Shown here piece by piece: positions 15,585 through 23,149 of a DNA stretch of 24,290 nucleotides; position 1 is the first letter of the stretch, and each line of letters begins with the position of its first letter. The notes beneath the pieces are model-generated. The model worked only from the letters and a program-made list of their open reading frames with translations, made no database searches and was not told the DNA's origin. Source of the DNA: a virus (Duplodnaviria; Caudoviricetes). The translations under genes were made by a program, and so were the position numbers. The DNA lies in IMG/VR virus record IMGVR_UViG_3300048575_000073, positions 1 to 24,290 of that record; one strand, written 5' to 3'.

Positions 15585-17076
15585 CCTTGAAAAGCTCCTT
15601 TTCCATTTCCTGTTCCTCGGCGATCTCCTCGATGTCGGCCCCCTGGTTGGCGGCCTCCCTAGTGCGGCTGGAGATGCCAAGCGCCACCTTTGTTTCCGCT
15701 CCTTTGGCGTCCTTGACCGGGTCGATCCACTCCCAGCCGGGGCGGACGAATGTGGCGAACTCCTCGGCCCGCTCCCACGAGTAGCCGGCCGGAAGGCGGA
15801 AGGCCCCGGACAGCACGACGGACCGCACGAACCGCCGCCAGACCCACAAGTTGAAGTGCTCGTCGAGGTGATTTTGGATGCAACGATACCCCCGGCGCTC
15901 CTCCAGGATGGCCTGACGGGCGCTCGAGTAGTTGGCGCCGGAATAGTCGTTGCTGAAATTCTCGTAGGACATGCCGAGGCCCGCAGATATTTCGCGGCCC
16001 TTGGAGCGGACAAACGGTTCGTAGGATTCGCCAGGCCGCTTGTGCTCGGCGATGGTGACGTCCTCGCCCGGCCCCAGGCGCTGAATGCGGCCCGGTTCGA
16101 TGTATTCCAGGGCCTGGCCGGCAGCGTTTTTGATGCTGCCGCCGTCGTAGTCGCTGGCCGAATTGGTGGTGATGAACACCCCAAAGGCTGCGGCCAGCTT
16201 GGCCCCGATCATTTCGTAGTCCTGGTACTCGTCCAGGTCGAAGGCCCGCATGATGACCGACGCCAGCCAGGAGACGCCCCGGGTCTGGCCGATGCGCTCC
16301 CGCACGAACAGGTTGGCGCAGACATCGGAGGCGATGCGCCGGGACTCGCGCCAGGCGTAGCCGCCGTAGTGGATGGTTTCGCCAGGGTGTTCGTAGAGGA
16401 CGTGGTACGCGACCGGCCGGCCGAGGCCGTCCAGTTCGATGCCGCGCCGGGCCAGGTTGCCGTTGCTCATCTGGCCGTCAATGTACTGGTCCAGCTGGTC
16501 GTACTCGTAGAGCGAGAGCCGCAGCGGCAACCCGGTGGCGTCGGCCGGGTCCATGGTCTCGTGGGCCAACAGGCCGCCGTCCACGATCAGGTGGCGCACG
16601 GCCAGGGCCTGCAGGTCGTAAATGGATCCGTAGGCCGTGGCGTCGGCCCGGGGAGCCCAGGCGTGCCACAGCTTTTCGAGGGCCTTGGAAGTCTTCTTGT
16701 CCCGCTTCCCGTCCGGTCCGACAAAGCGGACCTGCGGCCAGGAGCCGGTGTAAACCACGTTCTGGACGATCCGCTTCACGGCCCCGGCGATGTTCGGGTA
16801 GTTCCGCACAAGGTCGCGGGCCCGGGTCATGAGCAGCTTCGAGTCGCGGAAATATTCGGCGTCGGCGCTGTTATTGGTCGGGCGCCATCCCTGGTTCGGA
16901 CCGTCGGGCTGGCCGGCGAGGTAGCCGCGGCGCTTGAGGTTGAGCAGTTGCGCCCGGCCCTGCATGTAGCGGGCGGCGGCCCCGGGCGAGACGATGCCCA
17001 TGATGCCGGCCACGGCCGAGGTGACGGCCCGGAAAGCACGCACGGAGGCACGGCGGTCAAACTCCTGGCGGGTCAT
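15529..17076 (-). CDS. Phage portal protein, lambda family
   Basis: 515 aa; RARDLVRN, RGIELD..GRPVAYH, GQTRGVSWLA, DYS.ANYSSAR, WEWIDPVKD. Confidence 0.97.
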   Translation of the reverse strand: MTRQEFDRRASVRAFRAVTSAVAGIMGIVSPGAAARYMQGRAQLLNLKRRGYLAGQPDGPNQGWRPTNNSADAEYFRDSKLLMTRARDLVRNYPNIAGAVKRIVQNVVYTGSWPQVRFVGPDGKRDKKTSKALEKLWHAWAPRADATAYGSIYDLQALAVRHLIVDGGLLAHETMDPADATGLPLRLSLYEYDQLDQYIDGQMSNGNLARRGIELDGLGRPVAYHVLYEHPGETIHYGGYAWRESRRIASDVCANLFVRERIGQTRGVSWLASVIMRAFDLDEYQDYEMIGAKLAAAFGVFITTNSASDYDGGSIKNAAGQALEYIEPGRIQRLGPGEDVTIAEHKRPGESYEPFVRSKGREISAGLGMSYENFSNDYSGANYSSARQAILEERRGYRCIQNHLDEHFNLWVWRRFVRSVVLSGAFRLPAGYSWERAEEFATFVRPGWEWIDPVKDAKGAETKVALGISSRTREAANQGADIEEIAEEQEMEKELFKDVQPAQQPAADAPGAVAA

Positions 17077-17309
17077 CTGCGCCCCCGGAACACGACCACG
17101 GAGTGCGAGACCGGGCGGCCGTTGTCGGCCTGGAGCCGGGCCAGCTCGATTTCCTTGGACGTCAAAATTCCCTGGATCGTGGCGAGGTCGCCGCGGTCAA
17201 TGCTCATACCGCCCCGTTGGAGCGTGACGCGCTGGCCGGTCAAGGCCTTGTCACGAGCCGCACGGAGCAGGGCGACCTCTTCTTGCAGTTCGGCTATCGT
17301 CGCCATCAT
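17073..17309 (-). CDS. Head-tail joining protein gpW-like
   Basis: 78 aa between terL and portal, with ATGA overlaps on both sides; helix-hairpin-helix pattern. Confidence 0.8.
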   Translation of the reverse strand: MMATIAELQEEVALLRAARDKALTGQRVTLQRGGMSIDRGDLATIQGILTSKEIELARLQADNGRPVSHSVVVFRGRR

Positions 17310-19111
17310 CGCCCCCTGAAAAGGCTTCGGCCCCGGGTGAAAGGGTTGGTCGCCTGCACTGGCTCGGCGTGGCGGGCCGGCTGCGCGCCGCCCCTGATAC
17401 GCTGCATGACGGCGTCCATGTTCGGATTGAGGATCGAGTAGGCCGCCATGGCGTAAACCCGGATGTCCAAGGCCTCGTTGCGCGCTCGGGTCTTCACCCA
17501 GGACGGAACCGGGAAGCCTTTGACGAACCGCGTCACCTTCTTTTCCGCCGTGAGCTGCTGGAAATATTCCTCGTCGTGATCGGCGGTGAAATGCTGGAAG
17601 CCGGGGCCGTGAGTCCCGATCCGCAACCGGGCGAACAGCGCGTCCTTGGCCGTGTCGACGCCGACCGGGTAGAGCGCCACCTTGCCGGCGTTGGCCGTGG
17701 AGGGACGGCCGGCAATGGGCTTGCCCGGACCGTCGATACCCTTGACCGCGAAGACGCGGCGGGCGGCACGCGGCCGGACGAACTTGTAGACCTCATCCGT
17801 CAGGTAGCCAGAGTCCACGCAGGCGCAGACGACGCGTATCTGCTGGCCGCACTCGTGCTGCCAGGGCCACAAGAGGTAGTCGTTCAGGTCGCTCCACACC
17901 TCCGGTTTGGTCGGGTCGCCGGGGATGACGCGCGTCTCCATGGACCATGTTTCCGAGGCTAACCCCCAGGCCAGGACCTCGACCTCCAGGCGGTCGCCCT
18001 GTACGTCCACGCCGGCCGTGAGCAGCCCCGCGCCCTCGGGCACGATGGGGCCGTAGACCTCGCGGCGGGAAAGGAGCGCGCCGTCGTCGGCCTGCTGGCC
18101 CTCTTCCTCCCAGGGTTCGCCAAGGACCGTGTTGGTCCAGACCTGCAGGAGCTCCGGGGAGTGCTTGGCCGCCGAGAACTCGCGGACGATTTCCGCGAAG
18201 GTGACCCAAGGCGAGTAGAGGGCCGAAATGTGAAATCCGGCGGTGCCAGCGAAAGGGGCCTCGGCACGCCATTCGCCGCGGCCGAGGAGGCGGGCCTTGT
18301 CGGCGTCGGTGATCTGGCCGCCGCACTCCTCGCAGTAATAGGCCGCCGTCTCGGGGAGATGGTTGCCGTCCGCATCCTTGTCCCATCGGATGTTGTGCCA
18401 GCGCAGGACCTGCATGTGGTCGCAATGGGGGCAGGGGACATGATACCGGCGACGGTCGGACGCCAAGTAGGCGGCCTCGATGCGCGAAACACCCTTGAGC
18501 GTGGGGGTCGAGGTCCGGACCTTCTTGCGGTTGAAAAACGTCGTGGCCCGCTTTTCGGCCAGGCCGACCGGGTCTCCCTCTGTGCCGGCAGAAAACGGAT
18601 AGCGATCCACCTCGTCGGAGAGGACGACACGGATCGGGCGGGAGGCGAGGCCGGCCGGGGAGTTCGCCCCGCACATGGTGATGTGGCCGCCCGGGAACTG
18701 CTTGTGGAGCATGGTGTTGCCGGAGTCCCTGGCCCGGGCGTCTCGGACGAGACCATGTAGGCAAGGCGTGTCCCGGAGCATGGGGGCCAGGCGGTCCTTG
18801 CTCCAGGTCTGCGCCATCTCAAGGGTGGGCTGCAAAACGAGGATCGGGCACGGGTCCTGCTCAACGTGGTAACCAACCACGTTGTTCACGACCTCCGTTT
18901 TCCCGATCTGTGCGCTCGTCATGGCCACCACCGTTTCAACCTCTGGATCGGACACTGCGTCCATGATGCCCCGAAGATAAGGGGCTCGGCTCGTTCGCCA
19001 CCTGCCCGGCTCGGCCGAGGCCTCCGGGCTCAAAAACCGTTTTGCGTCCGCCCACTCGCTGACCGTCAGCGTCGGCGGGGGCTTTAAGCGCTCCCGCGCC
19101 CGGGCAAAAAA
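17306..19111 (-). CDS. terL: Terminase large subunit (lambda gpA family); start codon unresolved
   Basis: TVSEWAD, SAEPGRW, Walker A SAQIGKT, Walker B LSDEVD, STPT, CPHC/CEEC, nuclease AGVDVQ, RNEALD. No ATG/GTG in frame ahead of the conserved N-terminus (see findings). Confidence 0.96.
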   Translation of the reverse strand, partial: FFARARERLKPPPTLTVSEWADAKRFLSPEASAEPGRWRTSRAPYLRGIMDAVSDPEVETVVAMTSAQIGKTEVVNNVVGYHVEQDPCPILVLQPTLEMAQTWSKDRLAPMLRDTPCLHGLVRDARARDSGNTMLHKQFPGGHITMCGANSPAGLASRPIRVVLSDEVDRYPFSAGTEGDPVGLAEKRATTFFNRKKVRTSTPTLKGVSRIEAAYLASDRRRYHVPCPHCDHMQVLRWHNIRWDKDADGNHLPETAAYYCEECGGQITDADKARLLGRGEWRAEAPFAGTAGFHISALYSPWVTFAEIVREFSAAKHSPELLQVWTNTVLGEPWEEEGQQADDGALLSRREVYGPIVPEGAGLLTAGVDVQGDRLEVEVLAWGLASETWSMETRVIPGDPTKPEVWSDLNDYLLWPWQHECGQQIRVVCACVDSGYLTDEVYKFVRPRAARRVFAVKGIDGPGKPIAGRPSTANAGKVALYPVGVDTAKDALFARLRIGTHGPGFQHFTADHDEEYFQQLTAEKKVTRFVKGFPVPSWVKTRARNEALDIRVYAMAAYSILNPNMDAVMQRIRGGAQPARHAEPVQATNPFTRGRSLFRGR

Positions 19112-19590
19112 TCGGGGCCGTCCTCCAGCTCGGCGACATCCCCGCTTGCCAACTCCTCCAAGGCCTCGACGATGAGCCCCCGGATAAATCCTGAGGCCTC
19201 CTTGGGGTCCATGCCGACTACCTGGGGCGCGGCCTTGTTCGGGATGGCCAGGAGGCGCGTTTTGCAAGCTGTCACCAGCTTGTCCCAGTTGGTCGCCACC
19301 TCCTCCTGAGGCACGAGCTCGCCCCGGGCCTTGGCATTCTCGATGGCCTGCGCGTCCGCCTTCTCCTTCGCCAGCCGGGCGCGCTCGTGCACCCCGTCGA
19401 GACCCTTGGCCTTCTTGGCCTTGGCCGGCTTCGCCTTGGCCTGGCGCTCGTCTAAAATTTTGTCGGCGGCGTTGACGTCAACCTTTCCTTCAACCAGCGG
19501 GAGCCTTCCGGCCTTCACCAGCTTGTTGATGTACTGAACCGTGACGCCGCGCCGGGCGGCATAGGCTCTTTGGGAAAGGGTTTCAGTCAT
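19084..19590 (-). CDS. terS: Terminase small subunit (Nu1-like)
   Basis: N-terminal HTH (SQRAYAARRGVT..YINKLVK.GRL), ERARL.KEKAD...ENA..RGELV, RLLAIP, EALEELA. Confidence 0.92.
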   Translation of the reverse strand: MTETLSQRAYAARRGVTVQYINKLVKAGRLPLVEGKVDVNAADKILDERQAKAKPAKAKKAKGLDGVHERARLAKEKADAQAIENAKARGELVPQEEVATNWDKLVTACKTRLLAIPNKAAPQVVGMDPKEASGFIRGLIVEALEELASGDVAELEDGPDFLPGRGSA

Positions 19591-19598
19591 AACTTATT

Positions 19599-19685
19599 GT
19601 CAACCTTCAACTAATTTTTTGATTCTGTGCCTAGCGAAATATTGCGGCTCCGCGTATCCGCTATGAAAGAGGCCAGGAAGGACCC
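19599..19685 (-). other. Lambda-like cos packaging region (cosQ, candidate cosN, IHF site)
   Basis: Minus strand: GGGTCCT (19679-19685), dyad GCGG-N10-CCGC (19644-19661), TTTCGCTA (19632-19639), AATCAAAAAATTA matching IHF consensus WATCAANNNNTTR (19612-19624); lies directly upstream of terS. Confidence 0.75.
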
Positions 19686-19747
19686 ACTTTCGCTTTCTCG
19701 CCGCGTGCACTCGGCCAAGCTCGGTATCATGTATGTTAAGGGCGGCT

Positions 19748-20029
19748 TCACCGCGGCCAGACCTTGGAAACGATTTCGGCAACGACAGCGACACCAGCCC
19801 CAACGGCCGCACTGATTCCGGCAACCTGCCCCTTGCTGTATTGTCTGTGATCTTCGAGCGACCGGATGCGATCCTCATGGTCCTCGTTGACCGACTGCTT
19901 GAGCTCCTCGATCTCCCGCCCGTGAGCAGTACAGCGCACTCCCACTGCACCCTCGATATTGGCAAGGCGTTCCCCGTAGCCGCGAAGGATACCAAGCACC
20001 TCGCGCTGAAAGCTTTCTTCGCCGCTCAC
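19748..20029 (-). CDS. Small coiled-coil protein with C-terminal transmembrane helix (XhlA/holin-associated type)
   Basis: 93 aa; GTGA overlap; HEDRIRSLE heptads followed by hydrophobic VAGISAAVGAGVAVVAEIV. Confidence 0.7.
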   Translation of the reverse strand: MSGEESFQREVLGILRGYGERLANIEGAVGVRCTAHGREIEELKQSVNEDHEDRIRSLEDHRQYSKGQVAGISAAVGAGVAVVAEIVSKVWPR

Positions 20030-20406
20030 GCTGCGCGCCTCCGCATGAGCTTGTCGGCCACCTTACGCCCGTAAAAGCGGCGGCCGCAGAACGTCACCAT
20101 CAGGAAATAGGTCATGCAGCGTAGCGCCCTGAGCACGAACAGCCACCTCGATCCGCCGTACCAGCAGAGGATCAAGGCGTTGCAGAGAAGGAGAAGATCG
20201 GAAAAGAATTTCGGGATGCCGTGGGCATAGCACCAGTCGTGGACGTTGCAGGCCGGCTTGATGCAGACACCCCAGATATGGTCCGGGATGAGCCATGCTA
20301 CGAGCCAAGACAGCCAGCCCGTAGCAGCCCCACCGCAGCCATTACAGAAGCGTGCCCTCTCCAGGGCCGAGGCCCGGCGGTATGACTCGGGGGCGATGAG
20401 TTGCAC
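20026..20406 (-). CDS. Phospholipase A2-like protein
   Basis: Likely GTG start at 20406, overlapping the endolysin TAG; motifs CNGCG, ACNVHDWCY, downstream D (FFSD), Y..V..G..F/Y; strongly hydrophobic. Confidence 0.65.
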   Translation of the reverse strand: MQLIAPESYRRASALERARFCNGCGGAATGWLSWLVAWLIPDHIWGVCIKPACNVHDWCYAHGIPKFFSDLLLLCNALILCWYGGSRWLFVLRALRCMTYFLMVTFCGRRFYGRKVADKLMRRRAA

Positions 20407-21257
20407 TACTTGCCCCCTTTGGCGTCCCACCACGCCTTGGCCCAGGCGATGAGCGGCTGCACGGCATCAATCCCCGACTGGCCGAGCAAATAGGCCACGG
20501 CGGCGTTGGTCAGCTTGTCGAGTTGGTCAGGGGTCAGATGTAAGCCGAGAGGGTTGTTGAAGCAGATAACGGCGGCAGTGCCGACGAAGACGCACAGCTT
20601 TTTGGAAAGCTGGACCCCGGCCACGGTCACAACAGGCCGAGCGGCCGGTAAATCCACCGCTCCCACCGCGTCGCCCATCGTCGTGCCGTCGCCCGGGATA
20701 TCCGGCAGTCCACCAGTCGACACTCCACGTGCAGGGGGTTGAACCGGTGCTGGAGCCACGACCGGAGCCGACGGCGAGGCGGGGAGGAATGGGACACCGT
20801 TGACCTCCTCGGGCCACCGGCCCGTGCGGATCATCTCGGCGTTGCGCTGGACCCGGGCCGGCGTCTGCTTGGCCCAACGAGAGGCCAGCATCTGGGTGGC
20901 GGCCGTCTCCCAATCGCGGGATTGGATGGCGTGGATGGTGGCGAAAAACTTGGACGCGCCAGGTGCCCCGAGTTGGTAGACGCTGGAGACAATGGCCGCC
21001 TGGCGAACCTCGTCGAGTCCGCGCCACTTCGGCCAGCGGCGGTCGAGTTCGGCCAGGACGGACTGGATCTCATCGGCCAGGGCGGCGTCCGCCTGCTCCT
21101 GGGTCCAGGTCAGGCCCTCGCATTCGTCGGGGGTGTAGCCGTGAGCCTCCAGATTGTAGCCGTAGCCGATGGTCCAGATGCCGCCCGAATCGCGGTAGGC
21201 GGTCAGTTTGCAGCCCTCTTCGAGCTGGATGAGGCGGGTTGTCTTCGCGAGCACCAT
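20406..21257 (-). CDS. Endolysin: GH24 (T4-like) lysozyme with Pro-rich linker and C-terminal holin-like membrane domain
   Basis: Catalytic E-x8-D-x5-T (EEGCKLTAYRDSGGIWTIGYG), SRWAKQTPAR motif; AGGAGG RBS; C-terminal two hydrophobic segments. Confidence 0.9.
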   Translation of the reverse strand: MVLAKTTRLIQLEEGCKLTAYRDSGGIWTIGYGYNLEAHGYTPDECEGLTWTQEQADAALADEIQSVLAELDRRWPKWRGLDEVRQAAIVSSVYQLGAPGASKFFATIHAIQSRDWETAATQMLASRWAKQTPARVQRNAEMIRTGRWPEEVNGVPFLPASPSAPVVAPAPVQPPARGVSTGGLPDIPGDGTTMGDAVGAVDLPAARPVVTVAGVQLSKKLCVFVGTAAVICFNNPLGLHLTPDQLDKLTNAAVAYLLGQSGIDAVQPLIAWAKAWWDAKGGK

Positions 21258-21384
21258 GTGGCCCTCCTGATTCCCGGGCGGGCCGGGTGGATGGGCCGAA
21301 GCGTAAGCCTACGTATTGGGCAGATGCGTCCAGAGGCTATCCGCTGGCGCAAAAAAGGGATTTGGCGGCTATTGACAGGGGCAC

Positions 21385-21600
21385 CTACTGCTCCACCCGC
21401 TTGATGTGCTTGTCACGCTGCCGGCGCACGAAATCTTGCAGGTCCTCGGGCAGGGCGCGCCACTTCCCCTTGCCCGGGCCCTGCTTCCAGGCTTTGAGCT
21501 CGCCGGCATCCACCAGCGCCTGGATACTGTCCTTGGACTCGCCAATCTTTTTGGCGATTTCCGCCGCACCTTGAACAAGCAAATCTTCCACGGTCCTCAC
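21385..21600 (-). CDS. Small helix-turn-helix (excisionase/MerR-like) DNA-binding protein, possible late regulator
   Basis: GTG start at 21600 (GTGA overlap) or 21591; LVQGAAEIAKKIG...LVDAGELKAWK....WRA..EDL. Confidence 0.7.
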   Translation of the reverse strand: MRTVEDLLVQGAAEIAKKIGESKDSIQALVDAGELKAWKQGPGKGKWRALPEDLQDFVRRQRDKHIKRVEQ

Positions 21601-22103
21601 CCCCCGATCCCCAAATACTCGCAAATCACGCCCCACGCCGCATCCGCCCCCACGCAGACATCCGCCCGGTAGCCCTGTGCGCGCAGGGCCCCGATCCACT
21701 CCTCTTGCTCATCGCTCACCCGGCCGTCCTTGGCCTTCATTTCGATCCAGAGGCCGTGGTGGCTCCCGCAAGGCACCGGCAGGCACAGGTCGGGTACGCC
21801 CTTGCGCACGCCTTCCGCCTTGAGCTTGGCAGCCACGGCCTTGTGGCGATGCCCGCCATTCGGAATGGCAAACAGCATCCGCAGCGCCGGCACGCTCGGC
21901 GCCAGGGCCTCAGCCCGGGCGACGACAAGGGCCTGCTCCTCATGCTCAGACCCGCGCGGCGGCTTCGGCTTCTTCGGAGTTGCTGCAGGCTTTGCAACAG
22001 GCGAGAAAGGGCGCACACTCCCCCGCGCAAGCTCCCGGGCCAGCCAGGGCTTGAGGCCTCCGGCCGCCCGGATCTCGGCGATGGCAACGTGCGCCTCGGG
22101 CAT
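21597..22103 (-). CDS. VRR-NUC domain nuclease
   Basis: EHEEQ, LFAIPNGG.R, LKAEGVRKGVPDL, LWIEMK, S.EQ..W...L...GY (PD-(D/E)xK). Confidence 0.93.
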   Translation of the reverse strand: MPEAHVAIAEIRAAGGLKPWLARELARGSVRPFSPVAKPAATPKKPKPPRGSEHEEQALVVARAEALAPSVPALRMLFAIPNGGHRHKAVAAKLKAEGVRKGVPDLCLPVPCGSHHGLWIEMKAKDGRVSDEQEEWIGALRAQGYRADVCVGADAAWGVICEYLGIGG

Positions 22104-22104
22104 G

Positions 22105-22533
22105 CTAGGCCTTCTTCTCCTCGCTAGCGGCCGCGGGCTTTCTGCCCCCTTTCTCCCACAGCCTCAGGCCTTTCGCCCTCTTGCGCCGCTCACGCTGCAG
22201 GCTTTTGGCGGCCAGGGGCTCGCCCTTTATGTAGCCGTACTTTTCCCGGTACTCCTCAGGCGTCAGGCCATGGTGGATGAGGTGCTTTTTGGTGATTACC
22301 TTAAACGACCTGCCGCATTCCATGCAAAGCACGCTATTTTCCTTCACAGCCTTGCTCGGGTCCATGGCCGGGGCGGCCGCTTCGGCCGGAACGGACTTCT
22401 GCGCGGCGACCGCCTGAATGCTGGCGGTCACTTTGCCGAGCAAGCTGGTGATCTCTTCCTCGGTCATGGGGCGGGCCCCGGCCTGGGCTTTCACAATCTC
22501 CAGGGCCTCTTTCATCGCATCGGTATGGTCCAT
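22105..22533 (-). CDS. mucR: Ros/MucR family zinc-finger transcriptional regulator
   Basis: ALEIVKAQA N-terminus; CMEC-x9-H-x3-H finger; HGLTPEEYREKYG...PL.A; AGGAGG RBS. Confidence 0.93.
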   Translation of the reverse strand: MDHTDAMKEALEIVKAQAGARPMTEEEITSLLGKVTASIQAVAAQKSVPAEAAAPAMDPSKAVKENSVLCMECGRSFKVITKKHLIHHGLTPEEYREKYGYIKGEPLAAKSLQRERRKRAKGLRLWEKGGRKPAAASEEKKA

Positions 22534-22556
22534 CGAACTTCCTCCTGCCGGCCACG

Positions 22557-22775
22557 TCAGGCCGGGCTATGGTTCCTCCGGCTCTCGCCGGCATCGATTT
22601 CGTTCTCTCGGGCCTGTTTCAGCCGGGCGGCCGTCGCCCGAGCTTGCCATTTACAGGCCTGGACCTGCTCCAGAGGCGTGCTCTGGCCCGATTTCCCCTC
22701 CCAGTGCACGCGTCCGTAGCAGCGGCCGGCATGACAGCAGGGGAGGGCCGGGGGCAGGTGGCAGGGACGCGTCAA
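22557..22775 (-). CDS. Small Cys/His-rich hypothetical protein
   Basis: TTG start overlapping the upstream TGA; fills the gap between two genes; no recognised motif. Confidence 0.4.
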   Translation of the reverse strand: MTRPCHLPPALPCCHAGRCYGRVHWEGKSGQSTPLEQVQACKWQARATAARLKQARENEIDAGESRRNHSPA

Positions 22776-23149
22776 TGCACCCTCTTGGCCCAATTCGGGC
22801 TCTTTCTGCTCGCCAGAGCGTCGATTACGTCTCGGGCCCGGGACTGGTTCAACGCGCACTGTGCATCCGCCGGGGTATCCCAGGCTGGTAAGGCTACAGA
22901 CTCATGATAGGGCGCACTGTCGGTTATTCTTTTCTCCGCTGCAATCAGGTCTGCTGGCCCGGGCGGGAGTTTGGACCGCAGTGCGTGGGCATCACAGGCC
23001 GCTATAAACCGCTCCTCGGACCAGCCAGGCAGCATGCGCAAAATCCTGCGGGCGATGATATCGAGCTCGTCAGGCGTCCAACGATTTTGCGGGTAGAGGC
23101 CGATGTTGAATTGCCCCAGTTCCGCCCGGACAATCTGAAAATCCAGCAT
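22772..23149 (-). CDS. Hypothetical replication-associated protein (helicase loader/inhibitor position)
   Basis: Likely start ATG 23149 (MLDFQIVR); follows the initiator; H...SK.PP.PADL resembles P-like/G39P-like proteins. Confidence 0.55.
   Translation of the reverse strand: MLDFQIVRAELGQFNIGLYPQNRWTPDELDIIARRILRMLPGWSEERFIAACDAHALRSKLPPGPADLIAAEKRITDSAPYHESVALPAWDTPADAQCALNQSRARDVIDALASRKSPNWAKRVH

Noticed and set aside
15585-16184. 200 aa N-terminal extension of the protease-capsid ORF
   Set aside because: Lies inside the portal gene and has low-complexity off-frame composition; ATG 15584 has an RBS.
19112-19267. ORF-track TTG start for terL at 19267
   Set aside because: Deep overlap with terS, no clear SD and unprotein-like sequence; unlikely though not excluded.
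19600-19995. 131 aa minus-strand ORF spanning the cos region
   Set aside because: Overlaps the better-supported 19748-20029 gene and the non-coding cos signals.
21372-21400. TTGACA on the plus strand as a sigma70 -35 box
   Set aside because: No plausible -10 box at 16-18 bp.
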